NCBI GenBank assembly: GCA_964016885.1
Contig: OZ024748.1
Coordinates: forward strand, 10,168,001-10,232,000
Length of the DNA: 64,000 nucleotides
Reading direction: 5' to 3'
DNA from: Eledone cirrhosa
Lineage: Eukaryota
Shown here: positions 27,397-43,533 of the stretch, piece after piece
Layout: each line of letters begins with the position of its first letter
Numbering within the stretch: the first letter of the stretch is position 1
Position numbers and translations under genes: made by a program
Notes under the pieces: model-generated
The model's database searches: none
Seen by the model: the letters and a program-made list of their open reading frames with translations, nothing else
Told to the model about the DNA's origin: nothing

Positions 27397-28897
27397 GGGG
27401 GGGGGTTATGTATGTATATATGTATGTATATATATATGTGTGTGTTTGCATGCGTGCGTTCATTATAAACATAATCTTCTTCAAAATTGTTTAAATTGTA
27501 GTTTAACATTAAATCCCACATTATGTTTCTGTTAGTCATCTCAGACAATCTCAGGTCTTTAAACACAGAAGAGTTTAATATGGCGTGCATCCTTGAGTGA
27601 AACGTAAGCTCCACCGAGACAAGTGGAAACTCTCTGCTTGATCGCTTACTCTATAAACGGGTGGTAGGGGGTAAAATAAGCGTGAGATAGGGGTGGAAAA
27701 TCGTTAATTTTTCTGGTTGTCTTCCTTGATTGTTTTTTAAAAATCAGAATTAGTCGTTTAGTTTACGATTTCGTGTGGACATAGAGTTTGATTCTCTAGC
27801 CCCGGACTAATGTATTAGTTTCTACTGCTCCATCTGCTGGCGACAGTCCATATGGAACTGGCGTGCACAGAAATTAGGTAATTAAGCATTACGTAATTGG
27901 GCTATTAAGCATTACGTAATTGGCTAAGAACAGCTTCATCAGCTCACAATAAAAACATAAATACATGCTTCATCGATATACAATAACAACATAAATACAT
28001 GTAAACGAAACTTCATCGCATATCTAATTATATATGAATCATTGAAGAAACGTTTTATGTCAAAGAAGAAGCTCTGAATTAGATATTAACCTTCAAAACA
28101 TATTACTAATGTTACTAATGTTACTAATAGCTTCAGATAACCGACAATAATAAAATGATTGAGTCTAAAATTATACAATATGTTATATGACGTTTTGTTT
28201 TACAAGATGGCGAATTAGCAGGGTCGATAGAACGTCGGATAGATTGCTTTCTGGTATTAGTTTAGTAATTATGAACAAAATTGTTTTAAAATAAAATATC
28301 TGTTATGTAAATTGTGTTGCCTATGAAAATAAATAGCTGTCCCTTTTTTAGTAATAAAGAAAGGGGTCTTGATTTGGTTAGGCTGCATCATCATTCTATG
28401 CTCTCAGAGTTGAATACCCGCCGAGGTCAACTTTGACTTTCGTCTTTTCTAAAAAAAACGTCTAAAGTCTCTCTCAAGCCCCAAGGTTCCTTAGGCTGTT
28501 GCTTATTCCGGTTTCCTTGGAATTAAGTGACTGGGTGTACAAAACTCCCCCTATACAGGACTCCAGTCCATTGCAGGGTTAAACCCCCATACATATATAT
28601 ATATATATATGTGTGTGTATGTCTATATATCTGTGTATATGTATATATATATTTATGTGTGTATATATCTATGTATCTATATATCTGTGTATATGTATAT
28701 ATATATATATTTATGTGTGTATATATCTATGTATCTATATATCTGTGTATATGTATATATATATATATATTTATGTGTGTATATATCTATGTCTATATAT
28801 TTATATGTGTATATAGTTATGTATATATACATGTATATATCTATGTATCTATATATCTGTGTATATGTGTGTGTATATCTATGTCTATATATATGTG

Positions 28898-28953
<56 letters not shown>

Positions 28954-29300
28954 TCTATATATATATGTGTATATATATATATCTATATATATCTATACAT
29001 AGATATATAAACACATAAATATATAGATAGATATACACACACACATACACATATACATAGAAATAGATATACACACACATATAAACAGATATATAGAAAC
29101 CTATATATCTGTTTATATGTGTGTGTATATCTGTCTATAAATTTATGTGTGTATATATCTATGTCTATATATTTATGTGTGTATATAGTTATGTATATAT
29201 ACATGTGTATATGTATGTATATATCTATGTCTATATATTTATGTGTCTATATATCTATGTCTCTCTCTATATATATGTATATATCTGTGTGTGTGTCTAT

Positions 29301-29332
<32 letters not shown>

Positions 29333-30140
29333 CTATGTCTATATATATCGTCTCTATATATATGTGCGTGTATGTGTATATATATCTATATATATATATA
29401 TGTGTGTATATACCTCTGTTTCTTTATATATGTGCATATGTATGTATGTATATATATATATCTATGTCTCTATGTATATCTGTATAAGTGTATATAGATT
29501 TATGTCCCTATATATATATGTATGTGTATATATGTTTGTATATATGTGTGTATATATGTGTGTATGTATGTGTGTATATATGTGTGTGTATATGTGTGTA
29601 TATATGTATGTGTATATATGTGTGTATATATGTATGTGTATATATGTGTGTGTATATGTATGTGTATATATGTGTGTATATATATGTGTGTGTATATATA
29701 TATGGGTATATATGTGTGTGTGTATATGTGTGTATATGCAGATTAGTTCGTGACTAAACTAGACATTACATTAAGTAAAAGTAAATATTTAAAGAATTCT
29801 AATTTATTTGAGACATGAAAGAATGAATTAATGAGATTGCTCCAAGGTAGGATAAAACATACATATATACATATATACATATATACATATATACATATAT
29901 ACATATATATATACATACATATACACATACATATATACATACATATATACATAGATACATACATATATATACATACATATATACATAGATACATACATAT
30001 ATATACATACATATATACATACATACATATATACATTCATATATGCATATATACATACATATATGCATATATACATACATATATACGTACATACATACAT
30101 GAATACATATATACATATGTACCTATATACATACGTACAT

Positions 30141-30175
<35 letters not shown>

Positions 30176-30415
30176 TATATATATATACATACGTACACAC
30201 ACACACACATATATATATATATACACGCATACATATATATACATACAGACAGACATGCATGCATGTCTGTTTTCTGTCTATCTATGTGTCTGTCTTTGTA
30301 TTGTCCCCTTTCTTGTTGCGCCCTTGTGGCTAATAAAGAAATCTATCTATGTGTCTGTCTGTCTTTCTATATTTGACTATCTCTATATCGGCCTATATAC
30401 CTATCTATTTAACTA

Positions 30416-31145
30416 CCAGTTCGTGACAAGATCTACAGGCACGGACGCCCCGGCAGGGATCCTTCCAAGAGGACGTGTCCAAGATGCGCGCAGGACATTG
30501 AAACCGTCCTGCACGCAATTGTACACTGCCCGGGCGTAACCGACCTGTGGAACTATGCAGAACAACTGCTGTCGCGTATGGGACAAATCCAGTTGACTGC
30601 CGAGTCCATAGTAAGGATCAAAGCGCCAGCCTCTTTCAAAAACGAAAGAGAGGCGGTTTTCCTCTGTACAGTGGCTATGGTGAAAGAGGTTATATGGTGG
30701 ACGAGATTGAGAGGACTGAGGACAGATGCCTTTCTCTCTGGACAACAAATCATTCCCTTCTTTAGATACCACTTTAGAAGGAGAACCAGAGTGGAGAGAG
30801 AGGCACTGCACCCCAGTAAAGTTACTGAAAGGTAGGTGAATATGGCAAAAATGGCCCGAGTGATTGGGCCTTCTCTGTTTATAAGCTTGTAGGTTGAAGA
30901 AGAGAGCAAAAGGAAGAAAGGAACACTTGCACAACACGCTCCTGGAGTCGAGGGTTGTTCTATTGACGGGGTATTAAACAACCCATTTGTGGCGCCTCTC
31001 CCCTATTGGGGATTTCGATTGTTATAATTGTTTGTTTTTATATTTTTTTTACACGATTGTATGTAAAATCCCCAGCATGTGTCCTTGTATTGTCCCCTTT
31101 TCTTGTGCGCCCTTGTGGCTAATAAAGAAATATATCTATCTATCT
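30416..31145 (+). mobile_element. Tx1/L1-clade LINE 3' end, the longest copy
   Basis: CPRCAQDIETVLHAIVHC (C-x2-C-x8-H-x4-C knuckle)..LWNYAEQLLSRMGQIQLTAESIV. It follows the degenerate TATC tail of an earlier copy ending at ~30340. Confidence 0.85.
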
Positions 31146-31166
31146 GTCTGTCTACCTATCTCTTTC

Positions 31167-31203
<37 letters not shown>

Positions 31204-31271
31204 CTTACAATAATAATTCTGCCTGCTTAATAAAGTCCCTAGTCATGTGTTCCCTTTGTCCTGTTTTTCAG

Positions 31272-31420
31272 CTCAGAAGGTTGACTTCGACTGCAGACGT
31301 TGGGGAGTGACTTGTGCCAAGAATGGTAAATGTTTGACCAATTCCAACTACTGTCAATGTTCTAACAACTACACTGGACATGACTGTGGACTTCTCACAT
31401 GTAAATATATTCACCTTATT

Positions 31421-31462
<42 letters not shown>

Positions 31463-31881
31463 ATTGTTGGTGGAGGTGGTAGTGGTGGTGCTGGTGGTGG
31501 TGGTAGTGTTGATGGTGGTGGTTGTTATTGTTGGTAGTACTAGTAGTTGTGCTGGTGGTGGTGGTGGTGGTGGTGGTAGTGGTATTGGTGGTGGTGGCGG
31601 CGGTGGTGGTGGTTGTTTTTGGTGATGGTGGAGGCGGTGGTGGTGAGAGTGGTAGTGATAGTGTTGGTGTTAGGGTGTTGCTGTGATGGGGTGATGATTG
31701 GTATTGGTGGTGGTGGTAGGGTGTTGGTAGTGGTAGTGGTATTGTTGGTGTTGTTTGTAATAGTTGTAGTGGTAGTGGTGGTGGTAGTATTCTGGTTTTT
31801 TTTTGTTAATTTTATGATTATTTATATTTTTTATTTAATTGTTTCTTTTTTTTTTCATTAAACTTACATATTTTAGTTTAG

Positions 31882-31953
<72 letters not shown>

Positions 31954-32764
31954 GAGTTAAACAAGATTCAATGAGTATATCAGAGAATGAGTTTTACAGT
32001 AGATTGGAAGCACTCTACGAAAAATAATTTTCCAGAGTTATTAATATTAAAATACAAATATTAATAAAATAGATGTTCTTTTGATCAATTACATTTTATT
32101 ATACATATTTCGGAGGTACAACAGTACATCCTCATCAGACGAAATATAATGATACATGACATACCCTGATTTCGATCCTGTTGTTTATAATTTGCTTAAC
32201 CGATGCGTTTGGAGCATACACAATGGAGTAATTGTAATACAACATCCCAGCCAGAAGCCTATACTATAATTACATTGTTTTCATAGCTTTTGGCTATGTT
32301 ATTGTTGTTGTTTGTTTGTATGTTTATATGAAGAGAAAAAAAACAAAAAAAAAACGAATGTTGTCCCATGGTTATCTTTTCAGATGGTGAGTTTATTCAT
32401 AAATACCCCCACGTGACTCAAAAAAATAACGACACAGGGGAGAGAAGCGTTTGACATATTTTGACTGTCACAGAAGATATATGTGTTATTGTCACATCAC
32501 GTAAAACTTCCATATCAAATTGACTTATTTTTTTCAAAAACAAACAAAAACAAACAAATATAGATAAATAAAGCCACTAACAAAACATACAAAAAACACA
32601 ACGAAAATAAACTATCAATAATTATTGATACATTATCGATTAAAGAAGGCATTATAAACCATAATATAAAATATATCGTTATAAAGTCGATATTTTTTTT
32701 ATATTTCAACTGTAAATGCCAGAAGGACTACTAACTACATTGCCAAAGCACAACACACACACTA

Positions 32765-32826
<62 letters not shown>

Positions 32827-33888
32827 CATATATTAGTAAAATAAGAAAAACAGTAGAAAATGTTAATGGGATTTTCTCATAGAATAACAGCAAAACATTT
32901 ATTTACAAAAAAGGAATTTATCGTACCGGTTTCAGCCAAAAGTTGTAGGCTTCTTCATGCTATGGAAGTGTATAATAAAATTTATAATGGAGTTAAGGTA
33001 TATAATAATAAAATATGGTATATGAGAACATGGTCTACATATATATATGTGTGGAAAAAGTAAGCAGAAATAAACCAAACGACGCGGTACAATGAAGAAA
33101 TATAAAATAGTCCTTCATCATGTAATATCACATGACTTTAGATGGCATAGCTTAACATGTCTATATCCAATATATTATCACATGTCTTTAGAAGGCATAA
33201 CTTAACATCTATATATATCCAATATATGAATATCACATGGCTTTAGATATCAGACCTTAAGATGTATATATCCAATATATCACACGGCTTTAGAAGGCAT
33301 AACTCAACATTTATATATCCAATATATGAATATCACATGGCTTTAGATATCAGACCTTAACATGTATATATCCAATGGAATATCACATGGCTTTAGATGG
33401 CATAGCTTAACATTTATATATATCCAATATATGAATATCACATGGTTTTAGATATCAGACCTTAACGTCTAAATATCCAATGTATTAATATCACATGGCT
33501 TTACATGGCATAGCTTAACATCTATATACCTAATATAATATCACATGGCTTTAGATGGCATAGTTAATGTCTAATATATACCTAATGTAATAATATCACA
33601 TTGATTTAGATATCAAAACTTAACAGCTATCTAATATATTATTATCACATGCTTTTATTTCAACTGCTTATCACCACACAAAGATATTAGTTAGTTAACC
33701 TCACCAAAGCACTAATACAGCTAACAACATTATCAAACAACACAATGGAGTCTGTTAGAGGGATATCACAAACATTATCACAGATGATTAGTTAAATACC
33801 TTATGAATATTATAGGCAAAAGGTTGTAATATTTTATAGTAAAGAGACATTAATCATAGCTTATCAGAAACACAAGCTTTTCTTCTGT

Positions 33889-33938
<50 letters not shown>

Positions 33939-36900
33939 TATATATATATATATATTGTTATATTTGGGGAGGTTCATATTGTTATAATATTACCAGAAAT
34001 AATAATAGAACACACTCACTGTTTGGCTGGTTTTCGCTTCTGTATCTTTTATATCTCCATAGTTAATTTATCTGGCAATCAATGTTTATCATTGATTGAC
34101 CAACGGTTAAAAATACAAATATAAATATATAAGACCAAATACTGTTAATTATATCATATTTTAAGAGCCATCTAGCGGATTCCAGCAGAAGCAAGGGTGG
34201 GTAACTATCGACGTCGATCATCATTTCTGATTCTGGCCATTATCAAGACAGTGCTCACTTATCCTGCTCTCTGCTGGAACTCGATATAGGCGAAAACACC
34301 TATGTACCTGGACTGATTAACCTCAATTGCATATAGAGCTATCGGCTAGCTCGGCCGAAAAATAGAATTAAGGTGTTTGCTCTAACATAGCACATAGCTG
34401 TATACACATAAGTATGAGTATTTTGTATATCTAGCGACATACGGTATGTTTATGAATAGACATAAAGCATTCATCTATGAATTTTGGAAACTGATGATGT
34501 AACGCCATCTAGCTGATTCGAGCAGAAGCAAAGGGAGGTAACTGTCGACGACGAACATATATATATATCCCGTGGTGGTTGTATTATAAATTATATAAGA
34601 AATCTGTTGATATTCGAACTTAGAACCTCGCCTTCGCTAACACCACCCACGCTACTTTAGTTTTCATCGAATGCAATCACATCACTAAAACTACCACCAC
34701 CACCACCACCACCACCACCACCACACCACTTCGATTACTTGCCAGTCTTTTCACCTATCTAAGAAATGGAGAGAGGGAGAGGGGGAGAGATGCTGGAAGG
34801 AGCGTTAAAGGGGGAGAGGGAATGAGAAACCAAGAAAGGTGAGGGCGAGGAGATAAAAGGAAAATAGAGAGGATTATAAGAAATTTCTAAAGCAGTAGAT
34901 TGGCAGTAGATCGGTAGAGCGTCAGACACCATGCTTTGCAGCATGGAGTTACGGCCCTTTACATTTTGAGTTCAAATCCCACCGAGGTTAACTTTGCTTT
35001 TCATCCTTACAGGGTCGATAAAATTAAGTACCTGTAATGCACTGGAGTAATTGCTGACCAAATGCCATTTTGTAGGTTAGCCACTTAATAGATTAGTTAG
35101 GCCCCAATACATGACTGGTATTTGATGATTTTTTTTTTCCATCCTGCCAAGCCAGCCCATGTCTGTGATAATGTTTACCCTCTATCAGACTACATGTGTA
35201 TCTGTCCTCATCTACTTTAAATACGTGTGTTCTCAGTTTCAGCCCGTGAACCACACATGTTGATGAGTGAATCTTCTTGGTCCTGTGAGTATAGCTTACA
35301 CACACTTCACTCACGGTCGAATTAACAAATAATAAAAAAAAAAAAAACGCTAAACTCTCTCGTTTCTTGGCTTTAGCTTGCGTTCATTTTGACCTTCCTC
35401 TCTCTCTCTCTCGCTCGCTCTCTTTCTTTCTTCCTCTCTCTCTCTCTCTCTCTCTTTCACGCACTCTCTCTCCTACACACACACACTCTCTCTCTCACAC
35501 ACACACACACATTCCTCTCTCTCTCTCTCTCTCTCTGTGTCAATCTATCTCCCCCTCTCTCCTCTTCCTTTCACACACACACACACTTCTCTCTCTCTCT
35601 CTTCCTCTCTCTCTCTTTTCTGTCTCTCCCTCTATTTCTCTCTGACTTTCTCTCTCTTTCTCTCTGTCTCTTTCGTTTTATTCTCTCTCGCTGATTCGCT
35701 CATCCACACGTACACCCTCTCTAGCTCCTTCACTCGCTTACTCACCCCACCTCAGTCACTAGCTCAGGTATGGGCACCCTTTTTCAATCAGGGAGCCACA
35801 TAGGATGTGACTCCTCATATGGTGAGCCACACTGATAAAACATTTAAGGTTATTTTGAAAATAGGCGTGCCCTTTAGAGTGAGTGTGTGAGTGTGAGTGA
35901 ACTAGCTCACTCGCTCATTCACTCACACTCACACACTCACTCGCTCATTCACTCACACTCACACACTCACTCGCTCATTCACTCACACTCACACACTCAC
36001 TCGCTCATTCACTCACACTCACACACTCACTCGCTCATTCACTCACACTCACACACTCACTCGCTCATTCACTCACACTCACACACTCACTCGCTCATTC
36101 ACTCACACTCACACACTCACTCGCTCATTCACTCACACTCACACACTCACTCGCTCATTCACTCACACTCACACACTCACTCGCTCACTCACTCACACTC
36201 ACACACTCACTCGCTCATTCACTCACACTCACACACTCACTCGCTCATTCACTCACACTCACACACTCACTCACTCATTCACTCACACACTCACTCACTC
36301 ACACTCACACACTCACTCACTCACTCACTCACACTCACACACTCACTCACTCATTCACTCACACTCACACACTCACTCACTCACTCACTCACACTCACAC
36401 ACTCACTCGCTCATTCACTCACACTCACACACTCACTCGCTCATTCACTCACACTCACACACTCACTCGCTCATTCACTCACACTCACACATTCACTCGC
36501 TCATTCACTCACACACTCACTCGCTCATTCACTCACACTCACACACTCACTCGCTCATTCACTCACACACTCACTCGCTCATTCACTCACACTCACACAC
36601 TCACTCGCTCATTCACTCACACTCACACACTCACTCGCTCATTCACTCACACTCACACACTCACTCGCTCATTCACTCACACACTCACTCGCTCATTCAC
36701 TCACACTCACACACTCACTCGCTCATTCACTCACTCACTCACTCACTCACTCACTCACTCGGTCATTCACTCACACACTCACTCGCTCATTCACTCACAC
36801 ACTCACTCGCTCATTCACTCACACTCACTCACTCACTCGCTCATTCACTCACACTCACACACTCACTCACTCACTCGCTCATTCACTCACTCACTCACTC

Positions 36901-37309
36901 ACTCACTCACTTACTTCTCCAATCCCTCACTCACTCATTCACTCTCTCAACCCCTCATCTAGCTACTCATCTACTCACTCCCTTATTCCCCCACTAACTC
37001 ATTTACTCACTCTGTCGTCCACCCACTCATGAAATTAGTGTATTTAAGGGTCAGAGGTTCTTTCCTAAAGGTTCTGATTTCAAATCCCTCCAAAATTGAT
37101 TTTGGCTTTCTATATTTTTTTTATCACAGTCGATCACAATTATATTTAACATCTAGTACATACACACATACATACATTACGTTATGTGCATTTCTGGGGG
37201 GTTTTCCATTGGGCTTGTGCAATTATACAACTCTTCATGTATGGAAAATCGTTCTTAAGATGTAGATAATATCGATACGCCTAATCAATTAATGATTTGA
37301 ACACAAACA

Positions 37310-37370
<61 letters not shown>

Positions 37371-37404
37371 GCACAAACACAAACACACACATACACTCAC
37401 ATAC

Positions 37405-37444
<40 letters not shown>

Positions 37445-40400
37445 TTACATGTACCACACATATATCTAGTGATACCAACTCAAACCTCTCTCCTCTCCCC
37501 GCTTCCCTTCTGGATTCCGTCTCTCAATCCCTCTTCAGTTTGTTGCCATAAATGCCAGAAAACCTATCTAACTTTAAACCCCCTTATCCCACCCCCAAGG
37601 TTATCATTTTAATGTTCAAATTGTTGTTGTTGTTGTTGTTGTTGGAAGGGGGAGGGATATTTTGATTTTTCTTTTACTGTTTTCAAAAAAATTAATTGCT
37701 AAACAGTTTTCTTAGTTTAGTTATATTTCTGTTTCTGTTTTATATTTCTGTTTTTTTAAAGCTATATTTCTGTTTTATCTTTTCTGTGTTTTTTTTCATG
37801 TAACAGCCAGCATATCTCCAAGTCCCAACTGTGGAGGTTTAAAATGCCAAAATGGCGGAACTTGTGTGACAGCCAATGAAACTTTCTATTGTTACTGCTC
37901 TCCCAGTTTCTATGGTGACAGATGTGAAAGTTCACGGGGTGAGTATAAACAAATATCTCCTCCTCTCCTCCCCCCTCCTCCCCTCCTCCTCCTCTCACGT
38001 ATTCCTGGGAGTATCTTGGTGCCAGAATCTTCAGACACGCCTTCCAGAGAGTTCTATCAGAAACAATGATCGCTAAATGTCACCAAATCCCTAAGCGAGA
38101 CCAACCAAGCCCATTCATGATATCCAATCATCTTGCTAGAGGTCTAACCCCTGCATCTTCTGCTAGTTGGCTTTGCCCGTAAGATGTGTCCTTCGATTCT
38201 TTCCTTAGACTTTTTAACCAGATGTCCGTAGTGCCGGAGCTGTGACCTCTCGATTCGAAGAAGTAACGACTTTATTTGGAGTGATTCCCTGATCTCCGAG
38301 CTACGCACCCTATAGAGTAACGTTTTTCCAGAGACCCATCGATATCTTCTTGTGACGCTAAACTCCGCCTGTTGCAGACTGAGATATCTCTCTCCACAAA
38401 GTTCCATCACCAGCAGCAGAGTTCAAAGAGCAAAGATCAAGTTCAGTCCTTAAGTTGACATTGTCAAGCCATCGTTTTGGCTGCCGGCTTCTGCTTCTCC
38501 TACCAGCCAACCTTCTTTCCAGACATAACCTACTCATACCACGAGTTGATCTTTTTATATGGCCGTATAGTTTGAGTACGCTTGACTTATTATCACTTAT
38601 CACTGTTTACTCGAAGTTTCACTGATATTCTCAACACTGTTAAAAAAATATAAAACAGATCTATACAGATGTAGGAAATAATTCTATTTTACCCCCGCTT
38701 TTAAAGTAGACATCTGGGAGATTTGGTGCAGAATTTTCTCGAAAACCTTTTCTTTTTACTATACTTTTGTTTCTGTTTTCTCCCAGTTGCTGTTGACTGC
38801 CAAAGCTCACAGATGTCCATTAAAATCGCCCCCTTCGGACAGTTCACTGGCAAAATATTCGTGAAGGATTTCGAAGATAACCCGAACTGTTCCTTCAACA
38901 ATATGGGAGACGTGTGGGAGCTTAATCTGGATTACTTTTCTGGGTGTGGCGCCGGGATTGAAGGCCAGACTGTATTTAGTGATATTCCAAAGGTAAGAGT
39001 TAATGCCAACAATGTATTTCAGAAAATACTCATATATTAACCACATAAACGATATTTCAAACAATGATGCTGAAGACCCGTATCAGATTTAAATATATAT
39101 ACATACACACAACAATATAGATAACTGATAAAGAAAAAAACATGCGTAATTGTTCAATTAGATATCACTAAAGGAGATGCTAGTGTTGCTCGCTAAAAAA
39201 AAAATTGAGTCAGCTCAAATCTCTCACAGCATTAGCCTGGGTGATGGTGAAGCTGAGAAACTGCAACAGTCAAGCACCTTCCCAAGCATCACTCGATTCA
39301 CCAGAAAGAAAACCCTTCTCGGGGGCATATGTTTTGATTCTTCATAGCAGCCAATGGCAACTTCTTTTTACGTCTTTAAGAGTCTTCACCCTATTTTGTA
39401 AGATATTTTATAGCATCTTCACGCATGAGCACATCATTCTTTATATTAACTATTTTCCACACTATATGATTCTTCAAGCAAACTACAACACACTCTTATT
39501 GATATTAAATATTGATAGAGATATTGTGATATTGTGATATGATATTGTGATATTGTGACACCGTGATATAGTGATACTATGATATTGGGATATTATGATA
39601 TTAGGATACTATGATATCGTGACACTGATACTAATGATATCCTTTCTTCTCGTTCCTTTCTATTTTCCCCACAGATCGGTGATGTATCGTTTAAACGGGA
39701 AATAGTGGTGCTATACAATCAGGACATTATGAACAGCTTTGATGAGTTACACACAGTCAGTTGTCAACATAACCTCAAGATGGTCATTGACCCAATGTCC
39801 ATGACTTCCAACGTTGTTGAAGAGTAAGTTTAAAGGAAATTATACTCAGACATCGTTCATGCCAGAGCAGACAGTGGGCCATGTGGACAAGTTGCAGACC
39901 TGTCAATTCATCCCGTCCGTTGTGGGGAGATCTCCCACCCACTTTGTGGTGGGTACGAGATGTCTTCTCTTGTGAAAATGGGTATAGCTTTCATTATATA
40001 AGATCTCCCCATTTTGCCTCAGATTTCCCCATTTTACCTCAGATCTCCCCGTTTTGAGACACTTTTTTTTTTTCATGACACTTCCTGTTTGGGTTTTTAG
40101 AGATTGGCAGGTCTGCTGTTGGCATGAGCCTATGATTCGGCGGAAGGTATATTCCTCATGTTAGAGGCAAAGGAGGGGCAATCTTTTGTAAAAATAACAT
40201 ATTTTTTTATAAATAGTTCTACTTCTAGTATTCTCTTCTGTTACATGTAATTATATGATGTACTAGTCATCTGGTTCCTCCACACGGCCACTAAGATAGT
40301 TAGGACATGATCACAGCTTAAAATATTCATAGCGAGACTCGAGTATGACAAGTAAAATGTCTCCCACTCTGTTAATTCCAGTTCAAATTTGACCAAGACC

Positions 40401-40991
40401 GACACCAAGAATATTTACAATCCAATTGGATTTGAAATTAAGGATACTAACGGTGACCCCTTAAAGAAAGCTGTCTTTGTGGGAGACACTGTTCAACTGA
40501 CTTTTATCTTGTGGGATAATGAAGGTAAGTTCGACGTCTTTCTGTTGGTGGTGGTAGTGGTGATATTATTATCGGTAGAGGGCCAGACGCCATGCTTTGC
40601 AGCATAGAATTGCGCCCCTTTACAGTCTGAGTTCAAATCCCACCGAGGTTAACTTTGCCTTTCATCCTTACGGGGTCAATAAAATAAAGTACCAGTAATA
40701 CACTGGGATAATTGCTGGCCTTGTGCCAAAAGTAGAAACAATTATTTTTGTTATTATTGGCAGTATCGGTAGAGGGTCGGACGCCATGCTTTGCAGCATA
40801 GAGTTACGGCCCTTTACTTCCTGAATTCAAATCTCGCTGAGGATAGCTTTATCTTTCATCCTTACGGGGTCGATAAAATAAAGCGCCAGTAACGTACTGG
40901 GGTCGATTTAATCGACTTCCCTCTCCCTCCAATATTACTGGCCTTGTGCCTATACTAGAAATCATTATTCTTATTGCTGTTGTAGTTACAC

Positions 40992-41061
<70 letters not shown>

Positions 41062-41167
41062 CATCTTGAGTATATGTTCTCCTCTCTAATATGTATTAAG
41101 TATGTACAATATACTATGTCTTTTCTTGCTTTATGGTTCTCTCTCTATATATATATCTTCTACTTTT

Positions 41168-41229
<62 letters not shown>

Positions 41230-41922
41230 ATTCATATATATGTGTGGGTCCCGGGTTCATTCGGAGGTAACCACAGTAAGTAAGGTACTCAATACATTAT
41301 AGTAGAGTATAAACATTAAATTTAATATAGAAATGGCTTCTACAGGACTAGAATTGTTTCATTCGAACGAAATGATCAGGATTTCTTTCGACTAAAACAT
41401 ATATATATATATATATATATCGTTTCTGAATTTGTTTAGCAAGATTCTTTATCTGAAATCGTGTGTTGAAACCGATATTGTTATACTTTGGGAGAGTCAT
41501 GTTGCCAATAAGAAACACACGCACCAGTTGCTTTCACTTCAATTTATTATAATAAATTTATAATAAATTTATAAATTTATAAATTTCTGGTTGGTTGGTT
41601 GGTTCCACAACCAGATAGTTGTTTATATATTGTCATAGTTCTTTCGTCACACACTCTGTGACCTCTTCAGTGACTGGGGATTCCTTTCTTTGTTTCTGTG
41701 CCTCTCCTTTGTTCTGTCCTACGCCATTTTGTTTCTGTGTGTGTGTTGTGTGCTCAGTCTGCGCATGCGCCACATCCGGGTGTCTGTGTGTGTTTATATA
41801 AACAACTATCTGGTTGTGGAACCAACCAACCAACCAGAAATTTATAAATTTATTATAATATATTGAAGTGAAAGCAACTGGTGCGTGTGTTTCTTATTGG
41901 CAACATGACCCTCCCAAAGTAT

Positions 41923-41968
<46 letters not shown>

Positions 41969-43449
41969 CAATATTTCTCTATTTGTGTAGTATTCAACGA
42001 TTTCCACGTCAGTGACTGCGAAGCTTTTGAAGCCGCTGGTGGACATGGCAGTATAAGACTTATCGAGAACAGGTCTGTGATAATTCCATATTAATTATTT
42101 CCCCATTTTTTTTTTTTCTTTGTCAACGAGATGTGGGTGGCTGTTGTAGCGGGTGTCACTGGCCATTGTCCGCGGAAAGGCCTTTGTCATTTTTGTCCGC
42201 GCTAACCTAGGTGTAAAGTCTGTCACTTTCTGCCCTTCCCCCTTTTCTTTCTTCCTTTGTCTAGTAGTCCTTGCTCTTTCCTTCTTTTTACTCTCATTTA
42301 TGGCATTTATAGTACTTTCTAATACTACTTTCTACTTCTCTATGTTTAACCTAGTAGTCCTTGCTCTTTCCTTTCTTCTCATTTATGGTATTTAGAGTCC
42401 TTTCCAATTCTGTTTTTTTCTGTATGTTCAATCTAATAGAAAAATATGATTTACTTAAAGAAAATAAAATTATATATATATATATATATATCGACAAGAT
42501 CCTAGACCTCATTCGCTTAACGAGTGGAGTAGAGCTCGTCAAATCGGACCGAGGAAAGAATATTTCCATTGGTCTTTCCAATTGCTGATACTATCTATCG
42601 GTCGCAAATCTAGGCAGAAGGAGCAACGTGAAATAAAGTATCTTGTTCAAGGACATAACACATCACTTGGTCTGAGAATCGAAATTACAACCTCACGATC
42701 GTGAATCCAATTCTCTAACCACTCAGCCACTTATTAAATCACCTACTTATTAAATTTTGCTAATCTATCTCCGACGAAATTTTATTGTAAGTGATTCATA
42801 TTGATATTTTACATTAAAAAAAAGCATTATATATGAATATATGACAAAAAAAGAACATTACAAGAAATCCCATATCTACTAACGTGCACTATACAATTAC
42901 CGACCCCCACCCCGCTTATAAGAATTTAAGCAAATGTCCACCCACACCCGCTTATTCCAGCCTCCTATTATTTGGGAACCGTGAGTATATTGACAATCAA
43001 GGAAGATAACTCCCGGCACGTTTTGTTCTTTTTATGACTTCATCAGTGAAGCATAAACTTCATTTTAATTACCGAAGTAGTAATAATAGAATGACTAAAG
43101 AAACGTAAAAGATTCTATCTGTTATCTGGCGTAGAAAACGAATGGCGTCCCTGAGTTATGTTGTTTGAACATGATAGTGTGATTCCTTTCATATTTGGTT
43201 GAATAGAATGTACTCTGCATTTGATTGTCATTTCTCTTCTTTCATTTTACCATCAGTTGTGTCAACAAGAACGCCTTCAGTGTCATTGCTGGTGACCTGA
43301 AGAAAGATGGCGCCACACCAATGACAATCTCTCTTCTCATCCGGGCTTTCCGCTTCGTCAAATCTCCTGCCGTCTCTTTCCGTTGCAATGTGATTGGATG
43401 CAAGCCTGGTGACGACACATGCTCTTCCGTACGTATATATAATCTATCA

Positions 43450-43533
<84 letters not shown>

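Noticed and set aside
27880-27925. Duplicated attaagcattacgtaattgg with a TTACGTAA bZIP-like site; also a single TGATGTAAT near 56571
   Set aside because: A short local duplication and a single short motif are both expected by chance in AT-rich DNA.
35887-37032. 381-aa His/Ser/Thr-rich ORF as a metal-binding or matrix protein exon
   Set aside because: It is a pure 30-bp/CACT minisatellite with no synonymous variation pattern, and the flanking EGF exons join in phase without it.
43010-43052. Further hammerhead candidates (43010-43052 minus; also ~750-765 minus, ~19415-19430 minus, ~53565 plus)
   Set aside because: CUGANGA is present but GAAA or stem II pairing is missing; these are not counted.
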